From contig NC_042997.1 of assembly GCF_006345805.1 (NCBI RefSeq), positions 182,528,001 to 182,592,000 of the forward strand: 64,000 nucleotides of DNA, given 5' to 3'. Origin of the DNA: Octopus sinensis. Lineage: Eukaryota. The notes under the pieces are model-generated. The model was not told the DNA's origin, did not search any database, and was given only the letters and a program-made list of their open reading frames with translations. Both the position numbers and the translations under genes were made by a program. Positions 1 through 12,872 of this stretch are shown piece after piece (the stretch's first letter is position 1; each line of letters starts with the position of its first letter).

Positions 1-2860
1 AAAATTTTAAAAAGCTGTCATCTTATAATAGAGAAAATGGTTCAATTCTATCAAGAAGGCATAAAGGATAAAATGTACACTTTGCACCTGAAAGATTAAG
101 GCTGGTGACAATGAAAGTTTAGTGGCATTTTAAATGTAATCAGTTGTTATAAATTGGATTTGTTTATAGATTTTAGTGAAACCCATTATTGTTTCTTGCA
201 AAAGATAATAATTGTACATCTGTAGAGTTTATTGATCTAATGGAATTGTTTATTGTGTAGTTATCAAAATTCATTTATTTCATATGTTTCTTATCCATAT
301 AAAATAGTTATATTCCAAACAGTTACAGATTCCAAAAGAGAAGAGAAAGTAGAAATGTTTGAATAAATATCATATTGCAGTTGGCAACATTGTGTAATAA
401 AAGAAGGCATTTTTGTACTTTAGAAAGCTAATCTTCAAAGCATATATTGAATATAGTGAAAGTGAGCATTATCTAATCTGTTACAATAACAGTGAAGCTA
501 TGTAGCTTATGAATGGTGGTTACAGATAGCTTATGAATTACTTATTCTAAAGAATGGAATATCTTAAGATTAGTTATTTATCTATCTCTCTATCTGTACC
601 AGTATACTATGCTCACAGTAAAAATAATGTGTAGTACCTACTTAATAGGTTTGTTAAAAAAAAGAAAAAAAGATAATAAAATGCCTTATTGCCTGCTAGT
701 TGGAACTGTACATTCTTTTTACAAAGTAAATATGGCTTTGAGCCATTGCTAACCTGATAGATTAATTTGTTATCCTTGAAGATGCAACCATCTAAACTGA
801 ATAGATGTAATAGATGCAATGCAAACACAATGAATCCTCTGTCATTTTCAGTGATGAGTATTTCAGTTATTTGATCAACTGAACTACTCATTGAAGTATA
901 GTGTAAGTGGCTAAACATTCCACAGGGACTTGTACCTTTAATGTATTTCTCAGGCAAAATTGGTATGATTACAAGCAGTATGGGACAAAGATGGCTCTTT
1001 GAATTAAGGTGTTGTCCATCAAACAGGCTTTCATGCAAGTTCCTTCTACCCACTTTTAGTCATAAGGTTTGAGTGAGTCTGAGGCTACAAGAAATAAAAA
1101 AAAGAATCTAAAGTGCTATGCAATAGGATCAAACCCATGACCTCATGGTAGTGAAACGTTTTAACAATTTGGCCATCCCTCCACTTGCATGTGTGCGTGC
1201 ACACATACACATGCAGACCCACATACATTGTGATATCCAGTATCGCCATTAATAATACAAACATTCATTGTTATGTTCAAGGTCATAAATGAATAACAAA
1301 GGAGCTTGATACATCATTATTACAACAAAAAAAATATTAAGTGAATAGTCTGTATTTAAAGTTTACAATCACTCTACCAGGGTACTATTGTTTTAGTCTC
1401 AACACATGATCGTAACTCAAATCACCTAGAATTTTTCAAGAGAAAGTTGAATCTGAAATATGTAATTTAGCCTTATATAGAAGCAACACAGTAAAAACTT
1501 AACCAATACATGCCAGCATTAGTAATACACATTGAAATGATGAGGGTATTGATATAATTTTCACATACTAATACATGAATATATAGTTTGAGTGTAGAAA
1601 GTAAGTTTAGGATTGACAGAATCATTAGCTTATTTGCAGTATATGTCCCAGTTTTTTACCTTCTACATTCACCTGCAATGACTCTTACCAAGCTCTGTTA
1701 GCTTTTTCCTCTAGACAACATTAGGGGCATGAAAAAGATTTGTTGTTGTTATTCCCTAAAGATGACCTTACTCAGGCTTGCAAGAGAGGAACCTTCCAAG
1801 TGCAACTACATGGTCAACCCTGACTCAGCAAAGAGATTTTTTTGCTTCAGTGTTAAATTTTTTTTTTTTTTTATTATAGTGAATGTCTTAGGATTTATAA
1901 TTACTAGTTATTCTTGATTTTAGAAAAGCTAGATGACTTTTGCAGAAATATTCAAACAGAAAGTACCTAATGAAAAGTAAACTTTCAAAAGAACTTGGAA
2001 TTTCATGGCTTGTAGGATCAAGTTTGCAGTATTTCTAAAGCACAGGACATTTTGATTATTCTTGATGGCTATAGTTTCTAATGAGAAAATGTGACTGACA
2101 CTTGTAACAATAGCTGCTGTCATTCTGTTGAAGAATGTACTCTGTTTGTAAGAAGGCAAAACAATACAACTAATGAGCAAATCTTTGATTACCAGCAATC
2201 TTAAATCTTCTCATCCCTGTATATGTTATCCTTCAATTTTTCCATTATTAATATATAACATTCTTCAATGTTTCTCATTTAAAACTTAAGATTTATTAAG
2301 CACTCTTGACCTGTTTATATTCTATTAGACTATAAGTCAGAATAACTGAAAAATGTTTGTGAAATTGATCTTTTGTTTGAATTGTTGCAGGTTAGCAAGT
2401 AAATATAGTCTTTATTTCTTTGGCTTCTTAAACCATTGTTACTGCCAACTATTGTTGCAACAAGGTCAGTTGTTTAGAACTTAACAGTTTAATCCCAACC
2501 CTTTTCAAAATTTCATGCAAGTTCCACCTCTTACAGTTTTCTGTTTCTTCCTGTTCACATATCCACCTGATTGTTACTGACTTACAACAGTTCAAAGTAG
2601 ATATCAGAACTATTTCAACTGCCCCCCTTTTTTTTTTGTTGATTACATGTAGACTTCAATAAACTTCATAACTAAATCTGCTTAGCAACACCACCCACTC
2701 AACCAGGGAGTAGCATCTATAGCAACTAAACATTTTGCTATTAAATTTGAAAGTGTTTTTTACACACACAACTTTCAAATCACATAACCTGAAGTGGTTT
2801 ATTTATTTATGAGGAATATTAAAATATACCACAACTATAAAGAGTTTGATTAAGCATTCA

Positions 2861-2914
<54 letters not shown>
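2861..2914. repeat. (TA)n microsatellite; others at about 32342-32365, 32628-32682, 33131-33172, 34387-34430, 35201-35224 and 39414-39501
   Basis: Read directly from the sequence. Confidence 0.95.
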
Positions 2915-2920
<6 letters not shown>

Positions 2921-3389
2921 GATGGCACAGAAGTTCTAAAAAATTCAAAAGAAAGCATTTAATCTCATAGAAAAAATAATGAAAATGAAAGGTCTTTTAG
3001 TTGTCATTAATATTGTTCAGAAAAGAAATATGTTAATAATGTTGCAGGAAAAATGTATTATAAATGATATTTTCGCTAATTTTATATAAAAGTTTTAGAA
3101 TTGTTTCACTATGATAAGATACACTCATTTAGTTCTCAAAATAGAGAATTCCAGATAAAATTAAGCATATCCCATTATATAATTATATATTATTGTATTG
3201 ATTCAAAAGTTTTGCAATATTTTGGTAACTTATTTGCTTTATTTGTCAAGTTAAGCAAAAGCAGCCTAGCATTCAAAGTAAAGGCCATCATGTTGCACTA
3301 TCTGAAGCCACTTTTCTACCAGTTTTTTTATATCATGCTGTTACCAGTTCTTGTCCTTCAAAGTGAAGAACTCAAGCGCAATAAGTGAG

Positions 3390-3990
3390 CTATAGATTGG
3401 AACAAGTAGTAGTCTGAGGGAGATATTTTTCTGCAGTCCTAATGTGCATCAGCATTGGTTAAGCAAAGGCCAGTTTCTAGAACCTGTCACCAAATACGAG
3501 TGTTTTGAACACAAGGCGATGTTCTGCATCTGTTGGAATTATGAGGGAATAATTCACTACGAGTTCATTCTGGACAGTGAAACCATTGATGCCAACCTGT
3601 ACTCTGAACAGCTGGAGCAGTTGTATGCAATAGTGTAGCAAAAATAATCTTCTGCAGCAAGACTATGACCCAGAATAAACTCCAAGAACTTGGGGGAATC
3701 AAGCTGTCACACCCACTATATAGTCCAGACCTAATTCCCTCAGATTATAACTTATTCCAATCTATGGCTCATTTCCTATGCTCTCGGTGCTTCATCAACC
3801 AAGAGGATGTGGAAACTTTAGAGAAAGAGTTCTTCATCTCAAAGGACAAGAACTGGTATCAACATGGAATCAAAGAACTGGCAGAAAGGTGGATTCAGAC
3901 AGTGCAACATGGTGTCCTCTACTTTGAATGCTGGGTTGCAAATAAGTTAGTAAAATATTGCAAAATTTTTGACCCACCACAATACTTTTA
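3390..3990 (+). pseudogene. Mariner-family (Tc1/mariner) transposase relic, catalytic C-terminal half
   Basis: Frames 3444-3638 and 3665-3991 give KAMFCICWNYEGIIHYEF..ETIDANLYSEQL and HPLYSPDLIPSDYNLFQSM. The latter is the mariner YSPDL(A)PSD(Y) signature. Stops and frameshifts are present; no intact TIR pair was seen. Confidence 0.9.
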
Positions 3991-6115
3991 GCTGCTATAT
4001 TTCTTTATGTCATAATGATTAAAACTATGCATTCCTTTTCATAATGGACATGGTTTCAGTATAAAATGTGTTATATATTGTCTGCTATGTTTATCATATA
4101 AATCCTCAGATTAATATTACTGAACTAAATTTATATCCAGTATTGCCTGCCATAGTAAATGCATTTGACATTCTGGGTTTCAATATGAAGAGCTTTGGAA
4201 AAGAAATTCTGTGGTAGCTGATAAGGTGAAAGTAAATTTAGATATGTTGCTTGTTTATAAATATAAATAGCAATTCTTATTTGGTTACAAATCATGTTTC
4301 TATTTTCATTTTGAAATTAATTTACAAACAAATTACTATAAATCTTTTACATGTATGAATGGTACAATATTCTACAGATATCTGTCAACTACACTGTAAT
4401 AGCCAGCATAATATAATCAGGATCATGTTATACAAGAGTTTTTTGCAAAAAGAAAATTGTATATTAGAATAAAAATGTCTAATCTTATGTATGAACTCCT
4501 GAAAAAGAATATCTTGATTAAACGTTTAAATTAGAACCTAGGAGTGTAAGGTAGACAAAACAATCTTTTAAGTTGCTTATCTCTGTCTCCCCCTTCACCT
4601 CTCTTTTCATTTGCTTGATATATGTTGAACCTATTTATAGCTTTTCATATAATAAATGTGTGTGTGTGGATCTGTTAAGTAGAATTATAAATTTATTTCA
4701 ATTGAAATTCAAATGTGAGATTTTTGTGTTTTGACAACAGTAGAAACCATAAAATATCACATAATATACTATTTTCATTATTGTAATTCTCAACTAAGTA
4801 TCGCTATATAAAATTGCTGGCAAGATCCTGTGTTCCTAAGGTAGAAAGAAAGCAAAATTTCTCTTATGTGTAGCTGAAGCTGAATTTAATCAGATGAAGT
4901 TTCAGCACTGCTATAAAGGAAATGAAAATTGTTCCTATTATTATACTTTAGTGCTTTTGATTATTTCAGGATTACTTATAATGTTGGTTACATATTCTCA
5001 TCAACAGTGCATCGTCAAAAATATAAAAAGTAATGTTACATTACTTACTGAACAAACTGTAGAAGGTTCTTCAGATGGTTTATCATATATAACAAAAAAT
5101 TTTCAAATCTGATCATATGAATTAAATAAGCTCTCTTATTTATCAATAATATTTATTTTATTAACAAGTAGGGTAATTGTTTCAATTTAGCTAGGGGATA
5201 ATTTTATAAAAGTATTATTGCAGGTTTCTTATCAGGATCAATGTAACTGTTTGTGGTTTGGATCTAACCAGACATATTTTATCTTAAATGACATTGCCGA
5301 GGTTTTCTCTTCAAATATCAATTAATATACATATTTATATACAATATTAACTCTAGGATGACTTTGATTACTGAAGGTGTTTTTGTAGGATTTTTGTAGG
5401 GATGTGTTAAGAGAGTTAAGAAATGGAAATAATGAATAAATGGTTAAACTGATGCTATTCATTTTTGTCTTAATTATGTTGTATATGTATATAGTACAGT
5501 ATGTAGTTTCAGTATGTAGTTTTATGTCTAATGTACTTAATCTGAATATTTATGTTAATGTAAGGTGTGACAATTATTATTATAAAAAAACTTGTAACCT
5601 TTACAAAACATTTTAATGTTTACATTCTTTTATAATTCTGTGACAAGTAATCACTAATATCATTGTCTGTTCCCTCAAAAATATTGCCCCTTCTTACAGT
5701 GACAACATTTAAGTTGATGAGGATGAAATTGAGATAGACAACAATGTAATTGAGGCTAAAGATAACAAAACACAGGCTGACAAAGGTTGATAATGACAAA
5801 TTTGAGAGGAGAAAACCTGTATATCACACACACATTTGATCATTAAATCTAGATCTTGGTTTCATGCAAGTGTATAAACATATTTTGGATTTTCAGTGCA
5901 TATGAAATCAAGCTAGTCTATCTTCTATGTAAATCCATGCTATGGATTTAATGGTCTAATCACACAACAGATTATATATAATTCATAAGAATTTATTGAG
6001 CACTATGATGTTTTGCATATAAAATCTTAAACATGTGATTAATGTAATAAATCTAAATAATGTGTGTGTGTGTGTGTGTGCACATGCATGCAAATAATAT
6101 TTAGATTTATTATAG

Positions 6116-6345
6116 GAGCACCATCTGATCGTGGCCGTTTGCCAGCCTCGTCTGGCACCTGTGCCGGTGGCATGTAAAAAGCACCCACTACATTCATGGA
6201 GTGGTTGGCGTTAGGAAGTGCAACCAGCCGTAGAAACATTGCCAGATCAGACTGGGCCTGGTGCAGCCTTCTGGCTTCCCAGACCCCAGTTGCACCGTCC
6301 AACCCATGCCAGCATGGAAAGCGGACGCTAAACGATGATGATGAT
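6116..6345 (+). mobile_element. RTE-tailed SINE/non-autonomous retroposon copy (family A)
   Basis: Core GGTGGCATGTAAAAAGCACC, then GTGGTTGGCGTTAGGAAG..CCAGCCGTAGAAAC, ending GGACGCTAAACGATGATGATGAT. At least 10 related copies occur in the window. Confidence 0.85.
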
Positions 6346-8177
6346 AGGAGCTCTTTATGTAGCATGGTAGTATATGGAAAAACCTACAGCAACTTGACAT
6401 GAGCGAATTGGTCAGCTGCAAAGAGACTACAAAATTATAAGTCAGCAAAGTCATCAGGCTATCAAGCATATTAATGTTAGTAGAGTTGCTAAAAGCCCAG
6501 AGATGAGTTCAGGTAAAGTTAATCACTAATAAATAAATAAATTAATATATATATAAACAGACTACATTGTTTCAGCATCATAAAAGAAATGTGACAAGAG
6601 ATTAATGTTTCATTAGAGATAGAAAGTATAAAGATTAACAGATAACACAAATAATGCAAGTATTAGTGAGGGTCAGAACAGTGTGTCATTTAGCTTTCCA
6701 TAATGAAATATAATGTATAGTTAGTGATTTAGTGTTATATTTAAAAAGTACTGTGACAGTGGATAAAAAAAAAAACAATATATTTATCGTAAGTCTTTCT
6801 CTAGGTCTATTAGGATTAGAGCCCTCTAAAGTTTTTTAAATATGTAAAACACCAAAATTCAAGTTCATCAACATCTTTGAAAAATAGCATTTTTCTTGAA
6901 TCTTATGGCTAATAAAAAGATCATATTGATCACAAGATCAATGCTTAAAAAAGGAGTTCAATTTTACATTTTTGCTTTTTTATTCAGTACACATTTTTGA
7001 TCCAATACCTATATTTATAACAGACAGTTTCAAGGAATTTATTCAGGAAAAAAGAGGCAAGAATGGTCATGTGAAAATGTTGGTTAAGACCAAACTGCTC
7101 CTAGTACAATACTATAATCAAAAAGAAGCAGGCATCAGTAGTGGTACATATATTGCATGCACTGAAGCATCTGGAAAAGACTAGTTAAGTTTGAACCATA
7201 GATACATACATTATTGTCATCCTAGCAGGCACATTCCCATATCTGGTTGCCTTTGAAATTGGCAAGAATTATTGGTTCTATCAGCTTTGCACATCAGTGG
7301 GATAGGAGTCACAATCACAAGCATTACCTATGCTTTACATAAATTCAATAATGGCCATTTCACTAAATCACCTGACTAGTGGCACTATATTTTTTTGGAG
7401 ACAGTTTCAGGAAAAGTTCTTCAAGAAAACAAGACACTATAGTTAACTTCAAGCCAAAATGCTCATCTTGTAATGGAAATATAAGCTTTTCATGGGTCAT
7501 ATGAAAAGAGTATTGACAGACAAACATTTCTGATTAGAGCTTATGAAGAAGAAATAAGCTCTTCTGAAAGTTAATTTGTTATTGTGTAGAACCCAGAATT
7601 ACCCATAGGTTTTGAATTTATGTTACCCTTGTAGAAGATTAAAGAGTAAATGGTAGTAATAGTAGTAGAAGAAAAAGGGTTAGGGAGAGTGGTAGAATGT
7701 TAGACTAAATATGTTGCAATATTTAGTTAGGTCCCTTCATATTCTGAGTTGAGATCCCACTAGTTGACTTTGCACTTTCATCCATTATTCTATGGTTATT
7801 GAATGGGGAACAATTTAACCAATTAGCTTCTCCTCCAAATTTCAGGCCTTGTGCTTACATCACAAACAATTATTGTTATTCATTGCCTTTCAACTTGCCA
7901 GGGTAAATTAAGTAATAGTAATATAAACTGGGGATCAGCTGTCTCCCTCATAAATTTGAGGCCGTGTCTCCCTCATGTCTCCTCATAAATTTGAGGCCTT
8001 GTGCCTGTGTAATATATCATTATTAGCTGTGTATGGGAAAAGCAGTAGTTGGCCTTCTATAATTCTGATATTGGTAAAAATGAGTACCAGCCAAGCACTG
8101 GTGTCAATTTAATCGATTGCTCCTGCCCCTATCAATTTGTGGCTTCAGGCCAATATTAGAAACCCTAACCCTACTTT

Positions 8178-8522
8178 CATCATCATCATCATCGTTTAAC
8201 GTCCGCTTTCCATGCTAGCATGAGTTGGACGATTTGACTGAGGGCTGGTGAACTAGATGACTGCACCAGGCTCCAACCTAATCTGGCAGAGTTTCTATAG
8301 CTGGATGACCTTCCTAACGCCAACCACTCCAAGAGTGTGGTAGGTGCTTCTTACATGCCACCGGTACAGGGCCAGCCAGGCGGTACTGGCAATGACCTTG
8401 CTCGAATCTTTTACACATGCCACCGGCATAGGTGCCAGTAAAGTGATGCTGGTAACGATCATGCTTGAATGGTGCCTTTTACGTGCCACCGGCACAGAGG
8501 CCAGATAGCTGCTCTGGCAACG
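8178..8522 (-). mobile_element. Family A SINE copy with three array units
   Basis: (CAT)n CGTTTAACGTCCGCTTTCCATGCTAGCATG is the reverse complement of the family A tail. Three TTTTAC(A/G)TGCCACCGG-like cores follow. Confidence 0.85.
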
Positions 8523-11053
8523 ATAGAATTTTGTCTTGCTTGAATTTAATGTTTTTGTTAATTTGTATTTAAATATATTTTTGTATTTGTTCTCACCCCA
8601 TTACAAAGATGTTATGACTTGACTTTAAAATTGTGTACAATTATTTTCATTTAATATTCTAAAACTGCCTGGTAGATTTAGAAATACAGTTATTTAGGTG
8701 GGGTTTTTTTTTACTTATCTAACTTTAATTCAACTGATTGATTTTATACAATTTCACTCTAAAAAAAAGTATTTGTATACAAGGTCTTTGCTAATATTCA
8801 CCAAATTGTTATAGTTGTTGTCTGGATTAAAACATTTTCAAGTTTATTTCCTGAATTTAGTAAAATCTTAATGGTGTTTAACATTGTCTTTTACTAAGCT
8901 AACATGGAATTCTTATATTTATCCTGTCTATAGAACAAGGAATCAATTTGTGTTAAATCATCATCTCATTGTCCTGTAATTAAAGTTATGAATGGTCTCA
9001 AGATGGTAGTTACTTATTTTCTCTCTCAGTGTATGTTATGTGTAAATATTTATCTTTCAGCTTAACAGCATTCAGGAGGTATGAAAGATGAAAAAATGGT
9101 TGAAAAGGTTCATAGAGGGATAAAAGCTGAATGGACTGACTACTACTACTACTACTGCTGCTACTGCTGCTGCTACATCAACAGCTGCCAAAGCTCCTGC
9201 CACTACTGATTTTAGCAGTCACAGCTATAGCTACTGCATCACTGGGTTATTAGCTATTGCATTGATGCCAATTTGGATGAGTCTTTGGATGAGTCATACA
9301 TGAAAATAGTAGTGAAAATAACAACACTAATAAATAGTAGTAATAGTAACAATACAATAGTAATATTAACTATTGTTTCTAGTGTTTCAAGTTCATGTCC
9401 AGCTAGCTCAGTAATGAATGCTATTTATTTTCTATTTTAAAATATTATTGTCAGTATTTGGCATTAATAATAATAATAATAGTAAACAACAGATATGGTT
9501 TATTATTATTTTTATTTTCATTCATATTTGCAGCTATTTTCTACTTTTGTATGCTGTAAACCTTCATGAAAAATAATATATGGCTTCAATTTCTAACAAC
9601 TAGAAAATAAATTACAGTATTTAACAGTGTATGCTACATGTAAATAGTTGTTGCTTCTCTCTTAATTAACTGTTACTACTATCATTCCTATGTTACCAAA
9701 AACCCCTAACACAATTTCCCCTGGAACTATATTTTGGGTGCTACAAAAGAACACAATTTTTTGGTTTGTTAGCAGGGTGGTGGTGGGGTGTTGCTAAGAG
9801 TGTATGAGTAAGCCTTGCACAGCTGAGAAACATTTTCTTGAAGAGTCTCTCAGTAAAACACCAACAAAATCGCATTGTCTACAACAGGCCTGCTGCTTTT
9901 TGCCTCCAAGAAAATCAGAAAGAATGTTACAATGCCCCAGTAATATTTTTGTTTTCCTTTTTTACTTGCTCACTTTTTTCAGGAACCCTGGAATAGTGAG
10001 AAGTTATTTTTCTGTGTAAGCTGAACAGGAAACCATAAACCATAATTCATATAATAAATAAACCCCCTTTGGTCCAGATGCTATTCTAACAATAGGTGTT
10101 ATGTATTAAGATATTTATATCATTAATTCTTAAAACTCTCCTACACTGAAGTCAATATAAAAAAAAATATATATATCCACTATATTCAGTATAAAAAAAG
10201 ATATTCACCATTTTTATATTATTCTGGTTAATGATTACTTGAATATGAAATGATATTGTTAAAGTTAGAAATTATAGAAAATATGCTAGTTCATAGCCAA
10301 ACCTGCATTTTTTCCTTTTAGTTGTAAAAGAATAAAAAAAAAATGCAGAAGTTACAGAAATGTGCTGAATACATACACATATAGTTCCCAATTGGCTGGT
10401 TGTTATCTGAACTGATAATTTTTTTTTATCTCTTTATCAATGTACTGTGGTGGTGTGTGTTAAAACTATAAAGTTAGTGGAAAGTTTAAATAATGTAAAC
10501 TAACGTATGAAACAGAAGCTGAAACATTTTCGGGGCTCCAATCCATGTATGACCATTAGTTTACAGTAACTAGAATTTCTGGTTGTTGGAAGACATTGTA
10601 AGAATTGTGACTTGTTTTATTTCTGAAATATTAACAGCTCTATCAGAATAATGATCATACCTATAATTAGTCACACATTCCTGTCTGTATAGATTATGGC
10701 ATACTGGCATCAGTATGCCATAATGGTATACTAGTATCAACTATCATCACCTCTCATTCAAGGCAGCCTAATATAAAGTTGCCAAAATTACATTCTAGAT
10801 ATTAGGCTTCCACTTCAAGATCACAAGCTACCTTATTCTTGATCATATACTGCTGTTCTACAAAGCTCGAGTTGGAGAACTGCTCATATATTTAATATCT
10901 TTAGACCATATTCTAAAAGAAGACCAGTCTGCTAATAAGCAGACTCATGCACTAACCCACTACAAAAGCTAGCCCATCAATACATTTTTTCTTCTCTGTC
11001 TTTCACTTTTTCTACGTTAGCTCTTCTCTAAATCATGTAGTTGCATACCACCT

Positions 11054-12369
11054 TTATCTCAGCCCATTCAATGTACATGTCATGCTTCCTCTCTTCACTC
11101 TTACTGTATACACCAATGTACCAGCTTTGTCTCTCCGAAACACCAATGTACCGGCTTTGTCTCTCCATAGCTTGAGTCCCAGTGCAGCTCCTCTTTCCAT
11201 CACCTCCAGCAGTTTGGCAGTTAGCCCCAAACTCTTCAGGTGGCTTATGACCTCCTTTGCCAACATTATGCTCTCATCCACCAGGATGTCATCAATATAG
11301 GAAATGGTGGCTCTTTTCACTTTGTCCACCTTTCTCAGGATAGTTTTGAGAATCATTGCCATAATCTTCAGTGCTGAATTTAACCTGAATCCCAACCTGG
11401 TCAGGCAGTATGTCCGAGCCTTATACCTTACTAGCTGATATTTCCACAGTCTCTCATCTACATGCAGCTGCAGGTATGCTGACTTCAAATCAACAATTAT
11501 GGAGACCCTTGTCATCTGCCTCCCCTCTCTTATTCAAACCCTCTCCACTACTCTTTGTTTGACCCCTTCTCATTGTTGCAGTCACTGCTAAAGGTGTCAT
11601 CCTGCAACATGAGACAATGACTCTGGCCCAAGATATTACCTCTCCCATTGCCATGGAGTGAATATTTGGCAGCTTCTGCAGTTTGACCAACATGTGGTCA
11701 GGAAATCCTGTCACAAATGCTAAGTTAACTGCTTGTTCCAACACGTCATCCCTGTATCCTGCAAATCTGGCTAATCTCCTGATTTCGTTGGTAAACACAT
11801 CAACCTGTTCACCCTTCCACTTCACTTTCCCAAGTTGATCTTATGCCATAAATGGCCCTTCTGTAAAAGCCTCCATCAGCTGGACTTGCATTTTTTCGGC
11901 GCTTAACTGGTCCTTCTTCTCCATTTCCAGGTATAGTGCCAATGCCAATCCATCGAGGTACAATGGTATGAAACTCGCTAGGTTATCTGTACTGTAGAGT
12001 CTTGCCACCTACTTAATTTTTTGCAACCAAGCGGTGACATCTCCCTCACTGCAAAATGGCCTAACCATCTCGTTCAAAACATGGACCATGCCCATCACTT
12101 TTTTTTTTGAGTGAAATAGCTTGTGATGTGAAGGAGGAAAAAGACGGAAGCAAAGAGAATTGCGATAGTCTTACCTGTCGGTCTGGTAGGGTCACTTACA
12201 ACGTCCAATTGCTCCGTCTCGATCTGGAAGGTTCACTCACAACATCCACGTACCATCTAACACATCTACTTTCATACGCTGTTCACCACCAACTGACTGC
12301 TCGCGCCTTGCCAACCCCGCATGCCCACCATGGCCCTTCCAGTGGGACCCACAGGCCCCACTTCTGACA
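11054..12369 (-). mobile_element. Truncated Gypsy-type LTR retrotransposon (putative 5' LTR, gag, partial RT)
   Basis: The minus strand starts TGTCAGAAG at 12369. Gag-like text (MVRPFCSEGDVTAWLQK..KWKGEQVDVFTNEIRRLAR) is joined directly to RT motifs DLKSAYLQL, LGFRLNSA and YIDDILV. Stops are present; no second LTR was found. Confidence 0.85.
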
Positions 12370-12655
12370 GGACATGCATACTCCCTCACTTCCAGTCCTT
12401 CCTTACAACACAACCTGGCTCATAACACCACAGAAGCATCTAAAGTATTTATGTTCTTTGTTGAAGGAATACAAATTCAGTCTTAACTCTCCACTAGCAA
12501 ACAACAGTTGGAAGTAAGCTATTGTTCTTGTTTAACCCAAAGTCAACCTGATTGAGTAAACCCGCTTCAGTCATCCTGTTTTTGTTTTTTTTTTTGAGAC
12601 ATATTGTATCTTAAGGTTACATTATAAAATGTACAACTTTTTTTTTAAAGATTGT

Positions 12656-12872
12656 CATCATTTTTAACATCCATTTTTTTATACTTGCATGGTTTGGATG
12701 GCTTGATGGGAGCTGGCAAGGCCAAGAGCTGCACCAGGTTCCATTGTCTGCTTTGGTTTGGTTTGGTTTGGTTTCTACAACTAGATACCCTTCATAACAC
12801 CAACCGTTTCACAGTGTATACTGAGTGCATTTTACATGGGACCATCACCAGTGCTTTTTATGTGGCACCAGT
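12656..12872 (-). mobile_element. Degenerate family A-related SINE copy
   Basis: Diverged CATCATTTTTAACATCC..CTTGCATGG tail and GTGCTTTTTATGTGGCACC core. Confidence 0.7.

Noticed and set aside
613-1053. 146-aa minus-strand ORF
   Set aside because: No recognisable domain, a low-complexity end, no convincing acceptor, and opposite in strand to the other exon candidates.
5715-5790. Acidic frame VDEDEIEIDNNVIEAKDNKTQADK
   Set aside because: Weak splice sites, flanked by stops and no family assignment; possibly a transposon relic.
6039-6469. Recurrent ORFs such as MGWTV..GSGKPEGCT (also 16426, 24186, 54759)
   Set aside because: They are reading frames through SINE copies and are not conserved in frame between copies.
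9135-9300. Thr/Ala-rich mucin-like frame (TTTTTTAATAAATSTAAKAPATT)
   Set aside because: A trinucleotide microsatellite preceded by an in-frame TAA, with no usable acceptor.
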